A DNA stretch of 64,000 bases from Bdellovibrio sp. (lineage in GTDB: Bacteria > Bdellovibrionota > Bdellovibrionia > Bdellovibrionales > Bdellovibrionaceae): assembly GCA_036676395.1 (NCBI GenBank), contig JAKFCY010000002.1, forward strand, positions 352,001-416,000, written 5' to 3'. How positions within the stretch are numbered: the stretch's first letter is position 1; each line of letters opens with the position of its first letter. Below the pieces are notes generated by a model. That model was not told where the DNA came from and ran no database searches. It worked only from the letters and a program-made list of their open reading frames with translations. Positions 36,281-46,647 of this stretch are shown piece by piece. The position numbers were made by a program, and so were the translations under genes.

Positions 36281-37480
36281 ATGTTATCAAAAAAAGCAGC
36301 CAGCATTAAATCTTCTCCGACCCTTGCTCTTGTGGCTAAAGCCAAAGAGCTTCAAGCCCAAGGGCACAACGTAATTTCTTTAACAGTAGGTGAGCCTGAC
36401 TGGCCAACATACAAAGTGGCTGCTGACGCTGGTATTAACGCTATTCAAACTGGTTTTACAAAATACACGGCAGCAAATGGTACGATCGAGTTACGTAAAG
36501 CGATTGCAGCACGTACTGAGGCTGATCTTGGTTTTACTTATAATCCCGCAAAAGAAATCGCTGTAACCAGTGGTGCGAAATACGCCATCTACACAGCGCT
36601 ACAGTGTTTATGTGATCCGGGTGATGAAGTCATTATTCATTCACCGTACTGGGTCAGTTATCCAGCGATGGCTGAACTTGCAGATGCGGTTCCTAAAATC
36701 GTTGATTGCCGTTTAGAACATAATTTTAAATTATCAGCTGAGCGTTTAGAACAAGCGATCACACCAAAAACTAAAGTGTTTTTGTTTTGTTCGCCATCGA
36801 ATCCAACCGGATTCATTTATACAAAAGCAGAATTAAAAGCGATGGCTGATGTTCTAAAAAAACATCCTCGTGTCGCGATTATTTCTGATGATATGTATAA
36901 TCGCTTAATGTTAGACGGCACACATATTGCGCCACACTTATTACAAGAGGCTCCAGAATTACGTGAACGTACTATTCTAATCAATGGTGGTTCAAAAGCC
37001 TACTCAATGACAGGCTGGAGAATCGGTTGGGCTATGGGCCCTGAAAAAGTAATTAAAGCGATTGGTGACTTTGCTTCACAATCAACAGGGGCACCTTCTT
37101 CGATTGCCCAAGCTGCTGCTGAGAAAGCTTTATTGCACACTGAAGGTGATATTAAAAACACTGTAGAACTTCTTAAAATGCGCCTAGAAGCTGCGATTAA
37201 ACGGATGGGTGCTATCAATGGACTAGAAGTTTATCGTCCAGACGGGGCCTTTTATTTGTGGATTAATATTCAAAAATTATTAGGTCGTAAATACAAAGGC
37301 GAAGTCGTGCAGTCTTCGGCCCAATTCGGAAAAATCTATTTAGAAGATTTTTTTGTCGCGACTGTGCCTGGCGAAGAATTCGGTGAGCCAGGTTACATGC
37401 GTTTAAGCTTCGCTACAGAAACTGAAAAGTTTATCGAAGCTATGGATAGAATGCAGAAGTTTATCGATCAGATGACTTAG
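36281..37480 (+). CDS. aspC: Aspartate aminotransferase (class I PLP enzyme)
   Basis: GEPD, SPSNPTG, SDDMY, SKAYSMTGWRIG, R.SFA. Confidence 0.9.
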   Translation: MLSKKAASIKSSPTLALVAKAKELQAQGHNVISLTVGEPDWPTYKVAADAGINAIQTGFTKYTAANGTIELRKAIAARTEADLGFTYNPAKEIAVTSGAKYAIYTALQCLCDPGDEVIIHSPYWVSYPAMAELADAVPKIVDCRLEHNFKLSAERLEQAITPKTKVFLFCSPSNPTGFIYTKAELKAMADVLKKHPRVAIISDDMYNRLMLDGTHIAPHLLQEAPELRERTILINGGSKAYSMTGWRIGWAMGPEKVIKAIGDFASQSTGAPSSIAQAAAEKALLHTEGDIKNTVELLKMRLEAAIKRMGAINGLEVYRPDGAFYLWINIQKLLGRKYKGEVVQSSAQFGKIYLEDFFVATVPGEEFGEPGYMRLSFATETEKFIEAMDRMQKFIDQMT

Positions 37481-37535
37481 TAGACCGTCGCCAGAGGCCA
37501 GTAATATTGGATTAAAAATTGCTTTTAAAGTTGGT

Positions 37536-38630
37536 ATGATAAAACTCCAGCTTCCCAAAGTAGCCTTATTGTTTTCTTTTGTCATATCGTTGACATCTGT
37601 TAGGCCAATTATGGCAGCTGATAAATGCTCTGATTTTTTTAATCCTGCTATGTCTCATTCTGAAACGGTTGCGTCCATCAAAATTGTTAATCTTGGTGGG
37701 CCAAACATTAGATCTGATAGGAAGCCTTTTCTGCTAGATTATTACTCAGAAGCTATCGGCAAAGTTCAAAGTTTTATTTTAGACAGAACAAATTTAGTGT
37801 TTCCGACAATGCCTGTAAAAATACGAATTCATCCAGTATTTAATCATCCGGGGTCTGCTGCTTGCCTAAATACAAGACGAGATCTTTTAGATATTACTAT
37901 TCCCTATCGATGGAAGGGTGAAATTAAAGTGGAAGATACTTGGAAAATGGTGAAATCAGAACCTTCAGAAACTTTACCGATGTTTTACCATGAATATGGT
38001 CATGCGGTTTTCCGATCTAATGTAGAAGTAGTAAACTCAGAACTTGGTAATTTCTATCGCAAAGATGCACGACTTGATCAAATAACCCGGGAATCACTAG
38101 CGCTTTTAAAAATTTATGATGCAACCAAGGATAAGTCTCTAAAAAAACAATATGAAGAACAGCTTGAGCTTTTTTATAAAGAATTTAATAGCCTTGATAT
38201 AGAAGTTAATACGAAGAATAAAAAAAGACACATCCTTGTAGGTGTAGATGAACTTTTTGCTGATTTAATTGCAGTACTTGTTAGTCAAAAAAATACAGCC
38301 ATGTCTGACTCGGTAACAATCAATACACAGTATGGAACCTCAATTCACCGCGACGCCCATTATAGAGATTTTAGCAATCCTAGTAATGATTTAAAATCTT
38401 GGGAAGAAAGCTGGAGCGTTCACAATGTTTTTTCACCAACACGATATTATTTGTATAATAAATATTTAAAACATTCTGAATATCTAGCAGGTCCGCGTTC
38501 GGGTAATTTTTTACAACAAATACTTTTAGCTCTGCACAGTTTTTCTAATGATCCGAGGCTAAATGATCCTTCGATTTCGCCAACAGAAGTAAATAAAGTT
38601 TTAATTGAACACTTGGTAGACATTAAGTAA
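37536..38630 (+). CDS. Secreted putative gluzincin-type zinc metalloprotease
   Basis: Signal peptide; HEYGH followed later by ELFAD. Confidence 0.65.
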   Translation: MIKLQLPKVALLFSFVISLTSVRPIMAADKCSDFFNPAMSHSETVASIKIVNLGGPNIRSDRKPFLLDYYSEAIGKVQSFILDRTNLVFPTMPVKIRIHPVFNHPGSAACLNTRRDLLDITIPYRWKGEIKVEDTWKMVKSEPSETLPMFYHEYGHAVFRSNVEVVNSELGNFYRKDARLDQITRESLALLKIYDATKDKSLKKQYEEQLELFYKEFNSLDIEVNTKNKKRHILVGVDELFADLIAVLVSQKNTAMSDSVTINTQYGTSIHRDAHYRDFSNPSNDLKSWEESWSVHNVFSPTRYYLYNKYLKHSEYLAGPRSGNFLQQILLALHSFSNDPRLNDPSISPTEVNKVLIEHLVDIK

Positions 38631-38640
38631 CACTTGTTTT

Positions 38641-39489
38641 CTAGATGAGGCCCGTTCGCCGCGATTTTTTGATTTCTTTTTTGATCTGTAAGAAAAGTTT
38701 TTCTTCAAGTTCTTCGATTAAGTTATTAAGATTTCTCTTATGAAGCCCTAGGTTTTTGCGAACAGGGTCACTCATAACCGCAGCCAGCAGACTAAAAGCG
38801 GTTAACAAAACACCTACACCAAGCGTAATCAGATAGACCTGAGTCTTAGTCGGCTCAGGAGGAAAAGCATTATAAAATGCCGACCCTAATTGCTCGCCAA
38901 AGACAAATCCGGAAGCAGCTTTATCATGCGCCATTTTTCGCGCTATACGATTTCCTATTCCGAAGACTCCTAAAGTTTTATCGCCAAAATAATACCATCC
39001 AATCAGAAGGGTCATTACTGAACCGCTTAGATCTGTAATTAAAGTTTGGCTTGAAGAATATTTATCAATCTCTTTGCGGATCTCGGCTTCAATGTGTTTT
39101 TCATTCAGTACGAGCCCCTGTTTGCGTAATTCTAAAATTAAAGCGTTGTGATCAAGAAGTTCTGTAGCTATTAATTTTTCGATTCTTTTTTGATAACCGG
39201 TTTTTATTCCTGAAGGAATTTTTTCAATAGTCGGTGTAAGTTTGGCCCATCCCAGTTTATCCAGCGTCTCTATAAATTTTTTTAAAGAAAGGTAAGGAAT
39301 CGACCACAGGACGTTTAAAGGATTTAGAAATAAATCTATCGAAAATGTTTTTTTTTGAATTTCAATAGTCTGTTGAATAGAAAAATGACGGTCAATAAAG
39401 TTGTCGACACGTTGTTTTCGATCTTCGGTGTATTTTTCGATGCATTGATCAATAGCGCCAAGAATGGCTGCCAGATTTTGTTCTTCCAT
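38641..39489 (-). CDS. Hypothetical membrane protein
   Basis: Long ORF with 2-3 hydrophobic segments and a DP....LG.H.R.L motif. Confidence 0.7.
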   Translation of the reverse strand: MEEQNLAAILGAIDQCIEKYTEDRKQRVDNFIDRHFSIQQTIEIQKKTFSIDLFLNPLNVLWSIPYLSLKKFIETLDKLGWAKLTPTIEKIPSGIKTGYQKRIEKLIATELLDHNALILELRKQGLVLNEKHIEAEIRKEIDKYSSSQTLITDLSGSVMTLLIGWYYFGDKTLGVFGIGNRIARKMAHDKAASGFVFGEQLGSAFYNAFPPEPTKTQVYLITLGVGVLLTAFSLLAAVMSDPVRKNLGLHKRNLNNLIEELEEKLFLQIKKEIKKSRRTGLI

Positions 39490-39644
39490 GACGTATAAGA
39501 CTCCTGACTTTTAGATTATAAGAAGTTTTTCATGAAGTCTTATGGTTCGAGCTATGATCTCGTTTTAGCCCGATAGCGATTATTAATTTAAATTTTTTTG
39601 TATAATATATTGTCAATAAAAGGGCTCTTGGTAAAACCCTTTGT

Positions 39645-40460
39645 CTAAGTGGATTTTACAATTCGTTTAAATTCAAACGGCCTCACGATTTTACCATCGG
39701 GAGTCGTTGTCGTGCCGTTATCAGAAAAAGTTTGCGGCATCTGTTGAATCGTTTTTTTAAATTCTGTTGTTAATGTTGTTTGCGCGTTCAGGTCTTGTTT
39801 AACTGAATCAAACGCAGTTTCTGTGATCGTGTTATTTAACTTAGCTGTCGAATATAACGAGTTTTGATTCGTTAAGGCTTGGGCAAAGTCATTTAGTTCA
39901 GCCATTGCTGATTGATTGCCGCCACCGGTAGCTTGGGTCGTAGTTCCCTGAGCCCAAGCGGGTAATTGGTCTTCAGCAAACTGAAGATTGTCTTTATTTA
40001 CTTTGATGATCATTTGAACTTCAGCCGGAGTTAATTCAACCTGCGCTAAGATTTGTTCCATATTGTAACCTTGGTGAGCCATTTTCGCTGCAGTTACGTA
40101 AAGATTCGTCTTTTGGCGGTTTTGCATTTCACCTTGTGGAATTTGTTCATGAAATATTTTAGAAATCTCTAGACCTTTGTTCAGCATGGTTTCGATCTGT
40201 TGGATTTGTTCATCACTGGCAGCCATCACTTGGCGAACTTCGCCGGTCTTCTGATCTAAGATATGAATTAATTTTCTAACCTGCTGGTCAGTCTTATCTG
40301 ATAAGTCTTCTAAAATAGAAATTTTATTTTGTAAAAGCTGAAGGCCTTTTGTTAAACGTTGGTCTTCTTTTTTCTCTCTCACACGTAAGAACAAGCTGAA
40401 TGAAAGTCCGGCTAATAAAACGATGTTAAAAAAGGTTAATAATAAAAGCCAAATATTCAC
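39645..40460 (-). CDS. Membrane-anchored coiled-coil protein with DUF2802-like HTH segment
   Basis: N-terminal TM; Y..AAKMA..G....I.....L..AE motif; GTG start with AAGGAG SD. Confidence 0.65.
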   Translation of the reverse strand: MNIWLLLLTFFNIVLLAGLSFSLFLRVREKKEDQRLTKGLQLLQNKISILEDLSDKTDQQVRKLIHILDQKTGEVRQVMAASDEQIQQIETMLNKGLEISKIFHEQIPQGEMQNRQKTNLYVTAAKMAHQGYNMEQILAQVELTPAEVQMIIKVNKDNLQFAEDQLPAWAQGTTTQATGGGNQSAMAELNDFAQALTNQNSLYSTAKLNNTITETAFDSVKQDLNAQTTLTTEFKKTIQQMPQTFSDNGTTTTPDGKIVRPFEFKRIVKST

Positions 40461-40629
40461 GTAAGACTCCTTAGTTCGACTGTTTCAGTTTATGTCTCGG
40501 ATTGAGCCGTCACAAGGTGGTCCAGATCAGTTCTAGACTACAATGACTCATAATTTCACATTTTGGACCTTGGGCGTATTACTAAAATACAATTTATGAC
40601 CTATTATGAAACTTGGGGAGACACTGCGT

Positions 40630-42927
40630 ATGAAACAAAAATTATTGGGTGTGGTTGCGTCTATCGCGTTATTAGGGATAGTGGCCTGTGCACCGGTGAA
40701 GTTTACAAAATCAGATAATCAAAAACTTGATATTGATGATGGTGTAACCGGAACTGCAATCGGATGTGATCCTAGAATTTCCCCAAATTCAATGACTTAC
40801 ACATATGCAGCTACAGGCAACCCAACTTTACTTTCACGTTGTACGCAAACAGGTTTAAATTATGAATGGGTTATCAAACGCTCTGACTCTTCAGTAGTAA
40901 ACGTTTCAATCTCAAATCTTTCTGGTGCCAACCCTGCAAATATTGACTTACGCACATTAGGTGAAGGCACATATTACATTTTTTTAACAGCACGTGATCC
41001 AAATGGCGGAATAGCTCCATACACAGCGACAACTCCTTTAGAATTAGTTGTTCCAGGTGCAGGCACAGGAAATTCTTTAACGTGTGATCCGAAATTAAAT
41101 AACAATTCAACTGCTGTAACTTTAAATTCTGCAGATAACAATCCAACGATCACCGCAAATTGTACACCGGCAGCTGGTTCATATATTTGGTCAGTCACTA
41201 AAGATGGATCTGTAGTAACGATTGCGGGATTAAGTGGTGCAAGTTCAACACCAAACATTAAAGGTTATGGCGCTGGCGTTTATCGTATATCTTTATATGC
41301 AACAGCAACTGGTTCAGCCCACTGGCAAAGTTCAGTGCCTTTAACAGTGACTGTGAATGCAGTAGCTCCTCCAATGACGCAAATTCAGTGTAATCCGAAA
41401 ATTAATGGATCACTAAATTCATTAACAGTTACAAGCACGACAAATAATCCATTAATTGCAGCAAATTGTTCACCAAGTGATGTGAATTATGCTTGGACTG
41501 TAACTAAAAATGGCCAAAACATTAATGTGCCGGCATTAAATGATGCCAATTCAAATCCGGATTTTTCAGCTTTAGGTAACGGAACTTATTTAGTTTATCT
41601 GACAGCGACAAAATCAAATCACTTGAACTACAACACAACAACGCCATTAACTATTACTGTTAATAATTCGGGTGCACCGAATTTAACTATAGATTGTTCG
41701 CCTCGTATTAATACTGATTCAACAGCGGTAACAATCACGAGTGTTATCGGAAACCCAACAGTGAATGCGAACTGTGTTCCTAATACTGTGGTCTACACTT
41801 GGTCAGTTTATAAAGACGGTGTGCCAGTAACAATTTCAGGTCTTGGTGGCGCAAATTCTACTCCGAACTTTTTAGCTGCTGGACTTGGAACATATTATGT
41901 CTATTTAAATGCGGCCCAAGCGAATTACAACGCGTACTCAATTCCAACTCCGCTTGAAGTGACTGTGGCCAATGCGCCATCACTAACTCGTCGGGTGACA
42001 TTATCTAAGAATGTCTTAGTCACTGATAATAAAGTAGATATCGTTCTTATCGTGGATGATTCAAACTCGATGTTAGCTGATAATCGTAAGCTTGCCGAGC
42101 GTTTACAAGGTTTTGTAAATAACCTGACGGCTGCAAGCATTGACTGGCAAATGTGTGCCACGGTAACTCGTTCGCAAGCGATTAATAATATTTATTATTG
42201 GGGAGCTTCGCGCAACTGGTTTGATTATGTGGGCTCGCCGAAATGGATCTTAAAAGCAGGCGCTGCTGACCCGTATGCGATCTTTACTAAAACCATCGAT
42301 GCGATCGGTGCAGGTTGGGAAGGCACAGATGACGAACGCGGTATTAAAGCGGCTTTCTGGCATGCTGAATACACTACAAGTAATAAATGTTACAGAAGTG
42401 ATGCTTCATTATCTGTAATTATGATTTCTGATGAAGATGTGCGTTCAGTCGGTGGTGATCAAGCGCAAGTTTACTACGGCGGAGAATTAAAACCACTTGA
42501 AGCGGATGATCTGCCGCAAAGTTATGTCAGCAAAGTGAAACAAAAATTTGGTATGGATAAACGTTTTACGGTGAATTCAATTATCGTTAAACCAGGTGAT
42601 TCAGCTTGTATGACGGCTCAAGACAGCGGTGGCGCAAAATCGCATTACGGCTATTATTATGATGAACTAGCAAGATTAACGAATGGTTTTAGCTCAAGCA
42701 TTTGTGCCAACGACTATTCATCAAACTTGAATTACTTTCGTGACCGTATCGTGAGTTCATTAGCTTCGATTCCGTTAGAGTGTGCTCCGGTAGGATCAAT
42801 CGATGTGACAGTGACTCCAGCAGTTGCAGGCATGTCGACACGTATTGAGAACAACGTCTTAATCTTTGCTCCAGCAGTGCCAGCGGGACATCATATCGAT
42901 ATCGGTTACAACTGCCCACGCAATTAA
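40630..42927 (+). CDS. Surface lipoprotein with four Ig/PKD-like repeats and a C-terminal vWA (MIDAS) domain
   Basis: IVAC lipobox; four ~100-aa repeats C.P.I/LN...NP....C.....Y.W....G.Y...L.A.....PL..V; DIVLIVDDSNSM. Confidence 0.85.
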   Translation: MKQKLLGVVASIALLGIVACAPVKFTKSDNQKLDIDDGVTGTAIGCDPRISPNSMTYTYAATGNPTLLSRCTQTGLNYEWVIKRSDSSVVNVSISNLSGANPANIDLRTLGEGTYYIFLTARDPNGGIAPYTATTPLELVVPGAGTGNSLTCDPKLNNNSTAVTLNSADNNPTITANCTPAAGSYIWSVTKDGSVVTIAGLSGASSTPNIKGYGAGVYRISLYATATGSAHWQSSVPLTVTVNAVAPPMTQIQCNPKINGSLNSLTVTSTTNNPLIAANCSPSDVNYAWTVTKNGQNINVPALNDANSNPDFSALGNGTYLVYLTATKSNHLNYNTTTPLTITVNNSGAPNLTIDCSPRINTDSTAVTITSVIGNPTVNANCVPNTVVYTWSVYKDGVPVTISGLGGANSTPNFLAAGLGTYYVYLNAAQANYNAYSIPTPLEVTVANAPSLTRRVTLSKNVLVTDNKVDIVLIVDDSNSMLADNRKLAERLQGFVNNLTAASIDWQMCATVTRSQAINNIYYWGASRNWFDYVGSPKWILKAGAADPYAIFTKTIDAIGAGWEGTDDERGIKAAFWHAEYTTSNKCYRSDASLSVIMISDEDVRSVGGDQAQVYYGGELKPLEADDLPQSYVSKVKQKFGMDKRFTVNSIIVKPGDSACMTAQDSGGAKSHYGYYYDELARLTNGFSSSICANDYSSNLNYFRDRIVSSLASIPLECAPVGSIDVTVTPAVAGMSTRIENNVLIFAPAVPAGHHIDIGYNCPRN

Positions 42928-42954
42928 TCGCTCGGTAGAATCAAATTTAGACAT

Positions 42955-42991
42955 AAAAAAAGGGTTTTAGTTCATCACTAAAACCCTTTTT
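42955..42991. terminator. Bidirectional intrinsic terminator
   Basis: AAAAAGGGTTTTAG / CTAAAACCCTTTTT between convergent genes. Confidence 0.85.
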
Positions 42992-43012
42992 AATTTTTAA
43001 GCATATTTTAAA

Positions 43013-43621
43013 TTAGCGCGCAGAATCTTTAATGAATAAGGTCATGTAATGGCGAACTAAGAATTGCGGTTTAAATGATTGGCCTTTGTATGACCATAAC
43101 ACCTCTTCAAACGCGCCCCATTTAGCTTCAAACATTTCTTCATCCATAACGATCGTTACGTTTTCTTTAGCCTGAGGTTGCGGAATAGCCGTGTTACCCA
43201 CGTAGTGAAAACGCATGCTGATCACACCAGCGGCTTTGATCGAAAAAATCATTTTATAGCCATTACGAAAAAGCATAAAATCAGCGTGTGTTTTTGCAAT
43301 ACCGTAAACTTTAATGCGACCTAAAACCGAAGGTTTTAATTCGTTAAAAGAAGCCGCAGCTTCGGCGAAATCATTTTTCAAACGTAATAAAAATTGAATC
43401 GATTCATTTACTAAAATTCTTTGTGTATCTAAACCTAGGTTCATGTCGATCATCACAGATTTTTCAAGCTGTTCATCGGCAGAGACTAATTCACGAATCC
43501 AGCTGTTTTGATTAGTCTGGCTTTGGGCGTGAGCTGCACCAGCATGACTGGTGCCAGAACCAGTAGACTGGTTTGAACTCATTTCAGGCATTCTGTTGTT
43601 TTTAAAAATATCCATTTGCAC
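43013..43621 (-). CDS. Conserved-looking hypothetical protein
   Basis: 202-aa ORF, GGAG SD, motif IKVYGIAKTHADFMLFRNG. Confidence 0.75.
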   Translation of the reverse strand: MQMDIFKNNRMPEMSSNQSTGSGTSHAGAAHAQSQTNQNSWIRELVSADEQLEKSVMIDMNLGLDTQRILVNESIQFLLRLKNDFAEAAASFNELKPSVLGRIKVYGIAKTHADFMLFRNGYKMIFSIKAAGVISMRFHYVGNTAIPQPQAKENVTIVMDEEMFEAKWGAFEEVLWSYKGQSFKPQFLVRHYMTLFIKDSAR

Positions 43622-43677
43622 ACTCCATCTTCATTTTTCTAGGACACCCTAGACCTTGTCAATGGTTAATGTCGCAT

Positions 43678-46560
43678 TTACGGCGACTGGCGCCCTGGGA
43701 TTCCTCCACCTAATTGCAGGCTAAATCCAAATTGAGCGTCGTCTTCAGCATATTGGGGTGAAAGTGGACGGTAATAACCAAGTATAAAATTTACAGGAAG
43801 CAAGTAACCCAAAGTTGTTTCTAAACGAAGTTCAGCACCAGCGCTCCAGAATGAACGGCTCATATTTTCAGCTTTTAAAACATCATCTTTATCAAAAGCT
43901 CCGCCATAAACGCTAAGGCCATCAACAACCAAGGCGCCATTCACACGTTTTAAATAGTACATGTAGGTGCCAGAGCCTTTATTTAAAGTCTGTAACGGAA
44001 AGCGGTATTCGGTGTTCAGTGAAACCATACGCGAACCGAAAAATTGCCCTGCGCCGTAACCACGTAAAACAAAATCAGGAGCCGTGCTATCTGCTAATGT
44101 CGGTAAAACCGCATTACTAGTACCAAAGCGGGTAGAAACTTTTTGTACGGTGTGAAGAAAATTAAATTTAGCGTACATCGTATGATCTTCTGGAAGCCAA
44201 AGCGAATTGTAACCTAAAAGTGATCCGGTGATTTGATCGTAATCGCCTAATAATTTCGGAACATCACGGTCTGTGGATTTTTGATTTTCAAGTTGAATGA
44301 AAGTTCCCCAGCCGCTGGTTGGATAAATATCAAAGGCCGTTTGATTAATACTTTTATATGAAACTTGTAAATAAGGGCCTGAATGTTCTGTGCGCAAATC
44401 AGATTGATCAACTTCAGAAAACTGCATACCCGCATTCATTAAAAGTTTTGGGCTAATTTTAAAAGTGTCTGGAATAAAACCTAAAGAGGCATTACTCCGC
44501 TCGATGAAAATTTCTGTGTTGCCAATCGGGCTAAAAGTTCTTTGCGCCATTAAAGTAAAGGGCCAAGTGAAAGCTGAATTTATATAATCAAAATGATAAC
44601 CCGCTTTTTTAATAAACGTGTCGTAATCAACGGATAAATTATAACGATGAATAAGTAATGGATCCTGGCCGGCTGTAAGAATTTGAAAATACGAGCTGTT
44701 ATTGGCACTCGATGTCGAAAAGAACGGAATCCAATAGTGTGGGTAAAGATATTTTAAACTTTTTGCGTCTTCTTGTGTGGCTTCAAATTCAGGTACTGGT
44801 CGGTCGACATATTCATAGCGGTCACGAAAGCGATTTGAAATTTTTGGCAGGTTTTTGTAAGTCTGTAAATCAAAAGAATGAACGGCAAAGCCATTGGCTG
44901 TGTGAAGGGTAGCCACGGCTAAATTGTTTTTATTCACGTCGAAATCAAGGGTACCAGTTAATAAATGACTGACAGGAATTTCTTCATCCTGATTTTTATA
45001 GTAAATATTTGTTACTCCATTTTTAACTGAAGTAAAATAAACTTTTCCAAAACGATATTTTAAATGTTCAACTTCCGGCGCGGTAATTTTTAAATCAGTT
45101 AACTTATGGGTCGTTAAATTAAAAAGTTTAGGTTTGATGTTTCCTTTGACGTCTTTTATGCCAACAAAAAGTTCATCTTCATTGTATAGTGAAATTTCAT
45201 GTAAACGTTCAGCATAGCTAAGTTCTAATAACTGATCTGTGCTTTCGGTTGAGACGTTGAAGGCTTTTAACTGGGTTTTGCCGTTAAAAGTTGAAATGTA
45301 ATAAAGAATTGTTCCCTGATTGTTCCAGATCGGATTCTTAGCCCGTGCTGATTTTGTAATTTGTGTTTCTTTATCCTCATCTAAATTAAAAATATAAAGA
45401 TCAGAAAAAGAACGCTTGATATCAACTAAATCCATTTTAGCAAAAACAATTTTATTTTGGTAAGGATGAAATTCGAAACTTGAAATATCTCCGTTCGGAG
45501 CTTTTTTGAATTTCAGTTTGTTCCACTTTTTAGTTTCATCGTCTAAATTGTAAAAAGAAATTTTTTTACCTTTTTTCTCGAGTGAAATTAGGCCCAGCTT
45601 GGTTCCGTCAGCATTAAATCTTGGGTGTCGCCCAGAAATAAGTTTAGGGTCAACGGCTGTGGTTGTTGTCGCTGAAACGGTGTTGAGCTGTTTCAATTGT
45701 TCTTCGGCTTGGCGCTGATAAGAATCTAACGTTAATAAATAATGGCTTTCATAATTATTGCCAAATAATTGTTCGTGAGTGTGTTCGACGCTCCAGTAAG
45801 GAAGTGTAGATGCGTGTCCCAAAGTCAGATCATTAATGGCTTTACCTTGATTTTTGCTGCCGATGTCTCCCATTAGCATTGAGCCAAACAAATAAGGACG
45901 ACCACCGTAAGGCCATGTTGGTAACACCTCATTAGCTTCAGCTAAAGTGTAAGTAAAAAGTTTATTTTCTAAAACTAAAGCGCGAATGCCCGCATCCTGA
46001 AAATAAGAACGTGTTCGCCCCTGATGGGTGAAGCGACTTTCGATTTCTACAGCCATGCCTTCTTTCCACCAGAGTGGCAGAAGTAAATTTGGCGCTACGA
46101 TTGAGCCTAAAATAGGCTTAAAAATTTTGAAATAGCTTTCTGCGGGATACAATTGCATCACATGGGCTAATTCGTGAATAAAAAGTTCTTTCGCCCATTC
46201 TGCTGATTCAGACAGCGCATCATCGCGGCCAGCCTGCACGGGATAGATCATGATATAGGGATAAGGTAAAAGTGTAGTGAAACCATTAGGAGCATCGGTT
46301 GAATCATTTAAGATCACCACGATCTTTTCGGTGGGAGCGACTGTGAAAATTGTCATAATTTCGGCATATGACAGCTCGGCAATGCGCGAATAATACAGAC
46401 CTAGGTCTTGATGCTCAGCAGAATAAAAGATCTCAAAATGGGGGGTAGTTAGTATGTGCCATTTTTCTCGTGAATCTCCAATGCGTTGTGCAAAGATCGG
46501 AGTAGAAAACGAGACAAGCAAAACAAAAATTAGGTATAATCTTGAGATAAATTTGATCAT
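43678..46560 (-). CDS. Omp85/BamA-family outer-membrane protein fused to an N-terminal zinc-peptidase-like domain and a TolB-like beta-propeller
   Basis: Signal peptide; HELAH...W..EGMA; propeller-like repeats (P.FN.DG, P.WN..G); LRGY motif and C-terminal beta strands. Confidence 0.75.
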   Translation of the reverse strand: MIKFISRLYLIFVLLVSFSTPIFAQRIGDSREKWHILTTPHFEIFYSAEHQDLGLYYSRIAELSYAEIMTIFTVAPTEKIVVILNDSTDAPNGFTTLLPYPYIMIYPVQAGRDDALSESAEWAKELFIHELAHVMQLYPAESYFKIFKPILGSIVAPNLLLPLWWKEGMAVEIESRFTHQGRTRSYFQDAGIRALVLENKLFTYTLAEANEVLPTWPYGGRPYLFGSMLMGDIGSKNQGKAINDLTLGHASTLPYWSVEHTHEQLFGNNYESHYLLTLDSYQRQAEEQLKQLNTVSATTTTAVDPKLISGRHPRFNADGTKLGLISLEKKGKKISFYNLDDETKKWNKLKFKKAPNGDISSFEFHPYQNKIVFAKMDLVDIKRSFSDLYIFNLDEDKETQITKSARAKNPIWNNQGTILYYISTFNGKTQLKAFNVSTESTDQLLELSYAERLHEISLYNEDELFVGIKDVKGNIKPKLFNLTTHKLTDLKITAPEVEHLKYRFGKVYFTSVKNGVTNIYYKNQDEEIPVSHLLTGTLDFDVNKNNLAVATLHTANGFAVHSFDLQTYKNLPKISNRFRDRYEYVDRPVPEFEATQEDAKSLKYLYPHYWIPFFSTSSANNSSYFQILTAGQDPLLIHRYNLSVDYDTFIKKAGYHFDYINSAFTWPFTLMAQRTFSPIGNTEIFIERSNASLGFIPDTFKISPKLLMNAGMQFSEVDQSDLRTEHSGPYLQVSYKSINQTAFDIYPTSGWGTFIQLENQKSTDRDVPKLLGDYDQITGSLLGYNSLWLPEDHTMYAKFNFLHTVQKVSTRFGTSNAVLPTLADSTAPDFVLRGYGAGQFFGSRMVSLNTEYRFPLQTLNKGSGTYMYYLKRVNGALVVDGLSVYGGAFDKDDVLKAENMSRSFWSAGAELRLETTLGYLLPVNFILGYYRPLSPQYAEDDAQFGFSLQLGGGIPGRQSP

Positions 46561-46647
46561 GGTTGATTGTTCAATGCCTATCAAGGTTTGACAAGGTTTT
46601 ACAATGGTCTAAATTGAAATATGAAATACACATCCTTGGAGGAATCG

